25,719 bases of DNA from NCBI GenBank assembly GCA_039807355.1, contig JBDHRB010000001.1:1-25719 (forward strand), given 5' to 3'. The translations under genes and the position numbers were made by a program. This document shows positions 24,384 to 25,719 of this stretch, one piece after another (positions within the stretch are counted from its first letter, which is position 1; each line of letters begins with the position of its first letter). A model generated the notes under the pieces. The model saw nothing but the letters and a program-made list of their open reading frames with translations, searched no databases and was not told the origin of the DNA. Source of the stretch: Candidatus Competibacteraceae bacterium (GTDB lineage Bacteria; Pseudomonadota; Gammaproteobacteria; Competibacterales; Competibacteraceae).

Positions 24384-25230
24384 ACGCTCCGGCAATCGCT
24401 TAATTCAGAGTGACGCTGCCGCCGCTGGGCGGGCACAGGCTAGGCAAGCGGTTGTTTGGATAGAGCGGGAGCAAGCCAGGCGGAGTACGCTTCCTCTAGC
24501 GGCTATCCATCCACGACCTGGAGGCGATTCCCGCTCCCTCAAGCCTAGCCACATACTGAATTTGGCAGAATCGATTGCCGCAGTAGGGCTGGTGGAACCT
24601 CCTACAGTAGACCGTGTTGGACATCTCTTGGCAGGCGCCCATCGTCTAGCCGCATTGAGGCTGTTAGTTCTATCAGACGTAGAAGCTCGCGTTGAAAAAT
24701 GGCTGGAACTTGCTCGCTTAAACAAGGATCGGCTGACAGCAAAGCAGCAAATGGAGGTCGAGCGTTTAAAGGTACTGTCTCCATTGGAGATGGAAGAAGT
24801 GCCAGTTATGATTCTGCCCTTTGACGCATCGGAAGACACTGCCAGGGCACTGGCAATCGAGACCAGTGAGAACACTCAGCGAAGATCGTACTCCAAAGAG
24901 GAAATCCTTACGCTTGTCCAACGACTTCGGGATGCTGGGTTTGTAGAACGAGAAGGTAGGCCGCGAGCGGGCGAAAAAGCCTTACGTCCAGCCCTGTCTA
25001 TCGTGCTTGGTAAATCTGCCAATACCGTGCGCCGTTGGCTAGGTGTTTTGGACGACGCACGGAAAACATGCCCAAATGGGCAAGTTTCGAAGATACAAGA
25101 GGCTGAACATAAGCTGTTGATAGCGATCAGAAATTATCGTCGGGCTATTTTTGATAGCCCTTTAGGAACGAAACAACAGTTACAAAAGTGTCTGGGAGAA
25201 TTGGAATCGTTGTTGAGTGATTCCAGGTAA
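24376..25230 (+). CDS. parB: Second operonic ParB-like protein (ParB N-domain; distinct subfamily)
   Basis: LAESIAAVGLVEP..LLAGAHRLAAL, IETSENTQRRSYS, GRP..GEKAL.PAL..V.GKS..TVRRWL. ATG overlaps the end of parA. Confidence 0.85.
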   Translation: MAKRSGNRLIQSDAAAAGRAQARQAVVWIEREQARRSTLPLAAIHPRPGGDSRSLKPSHILNLAESIAAVGLVEPPTVDRVGHLLAGAHRLAALRLLVLSDVEARVEKWLELARLNKDRLTAKQQMEVERLKVLSPLEMEEVPVMILPFDASEDTARALAIETSENTQRRSYSKEEILTLVQRLRDAGFVEREGRPRAGEKALRPALSIVLGKSANTVRRWLGVLDDARKTCPNGQVSKIQEAEHKLLIAIRNYRRAIFDSPLGTKQQLQKCLGELESLLSDSR

Positions 25231-25333
25231 GAGGTTGTGACAACGAGATTACCAGATTACCGCCTCGGCGTTAAAAGTGGCGGACACCGTTTTGATTCCT
25301 GTGCAAACATCCTCACCAGACATCTGGTCTGCC

Positions 25334-25640
25334 GATGAGTCCCCGGCTTGACTGAAATGCTTCATACCTCCTGTATTCGCCTTTCAGTCATTTTCGCTTT
25401 CGCGCTTCGGCACGAAAGCGCGACTCATCCAGGGTCAGCTACCAGAGCGCCCCCGCGCGGGCGCTCTGAGGGGGCTACGTTATTCGGGTCACGATACCCT
25501 GGGGTGCTTCACCAGCCCCAGGCTCTATCGCTGGCGGTTAAACAGCACAGCACCGGGTTAATGGGCCGTGCCGCCAGCTGGACAAGCCCGAATAACATTC
25601 CCGAGGTGACCTTTACCGTCGCAAGACGCGAGTAACGAGT
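25334..25640 (+). ncRNA. HEARO / IscB-IsrB omega-RNA-like structured RNA
   Basis: P1-like GATGAGTC(25334-41)/GACTCATC(25422-29) enclosing two hairpins. Then CAGGG.., GCTACGTTATTCGGG pairing with CCCGAATAAC, CCTGGGGTGCTTCACCAGCCCCAGG, GTTAAACAG, ACAAGCC and AACATTCCCGAGG..CTTTACC, in the motif order known for HEARO/omega RNAs. Confidence 0.75.
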
Positions 25641-25649
25641 AATTGTTAT

Positions 25650-25719
25650 CCTGATTTTGCGCGGAAGACCCGGCCCCTTGAGGGCGGGGATGGAGAGCGC
25701 ACCGCGCAAGGCGCGGTCA
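25650..25719 (+). mobile_element. Left end of another IS200/IS605-family element (runs off the window)
   Basis: TTAT(25646-49)| then AAGA at +16..+19, hairpin CCCGGCCC-cttga-GGGCGGG and GATGGAG. Closely resembles the left end at 18190 (TTGCGCG..AAG..CCC.G.....GGGGATGGAG). Confidence 0.7.

Noticed and set aside
25234-25244. GTTGT-G-ACAAC palindrome after the second parB as parS
   Set aside because: Only 5-bp arms and a single copy; the position is suggestive but it is too short to support.
1-25719. CRISPR array, tRNA, rRNA, integron integrase or rep gene
   Set aside because: No regularly spaced direct repeats, no tRNA or rRNA signatures, and no tyrosine-recombinase or Rep motifs were seen. 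The attC hints are partial only.

Overview
A heavily rearranged accessory region of a high-GC bacterium, probably plasmid- or integrated-element-derived. The ParB/ProQ-like genes hint at a gammaproteobacterial host, but that is inference. From left to right: the right end of an IS200/IS605 element; a parA gene split by an IS110-family (IS1111-group) element with a likely bridge/seek RNA; parB with two parS-like palindromes; a vWA gene remnant; a motif-degenerate ParB divergent from a ProQ/FinO-like gene; and a convergent MASE1 histidine kinase / NarL-type regulator pair. The centre is an apparently intact, uncharacterised two-gene operon (1158 aa plus 730 aa) that looks like a two-part toxin or membrane-targeting system. 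The first protein is beta-propeller-like, Ig-like and then hydrophobic-helical; the second is OrfX2/P47 TULIP-like with three Ig repeats. A perfect 66-bp inverted copy of its own coding sequence sits just upstream of its RBS. Next come two decayed IS630 elements, a methyltransferase remnant, a 5'-truncated group IIC intron with a dead RT, and a tnpA-less IS605-type element whose TnpB has a rearranged RuvC site. After that lie a stand-alone caspase/CHAT-like His-Cys protein, doc and oxidoreductase remnants, an NTF2-like gene, an AAA/DUF4143 ATPase and a second parAB pair. The window ends with a HEARO/IscB-type omega-RNA-like structure abutting another IS200/IS605 left end. No CRISPR array, rRNA, tRNA or rep gene was seen. 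Several single-base frameshifts could be real decay or consensus errors.
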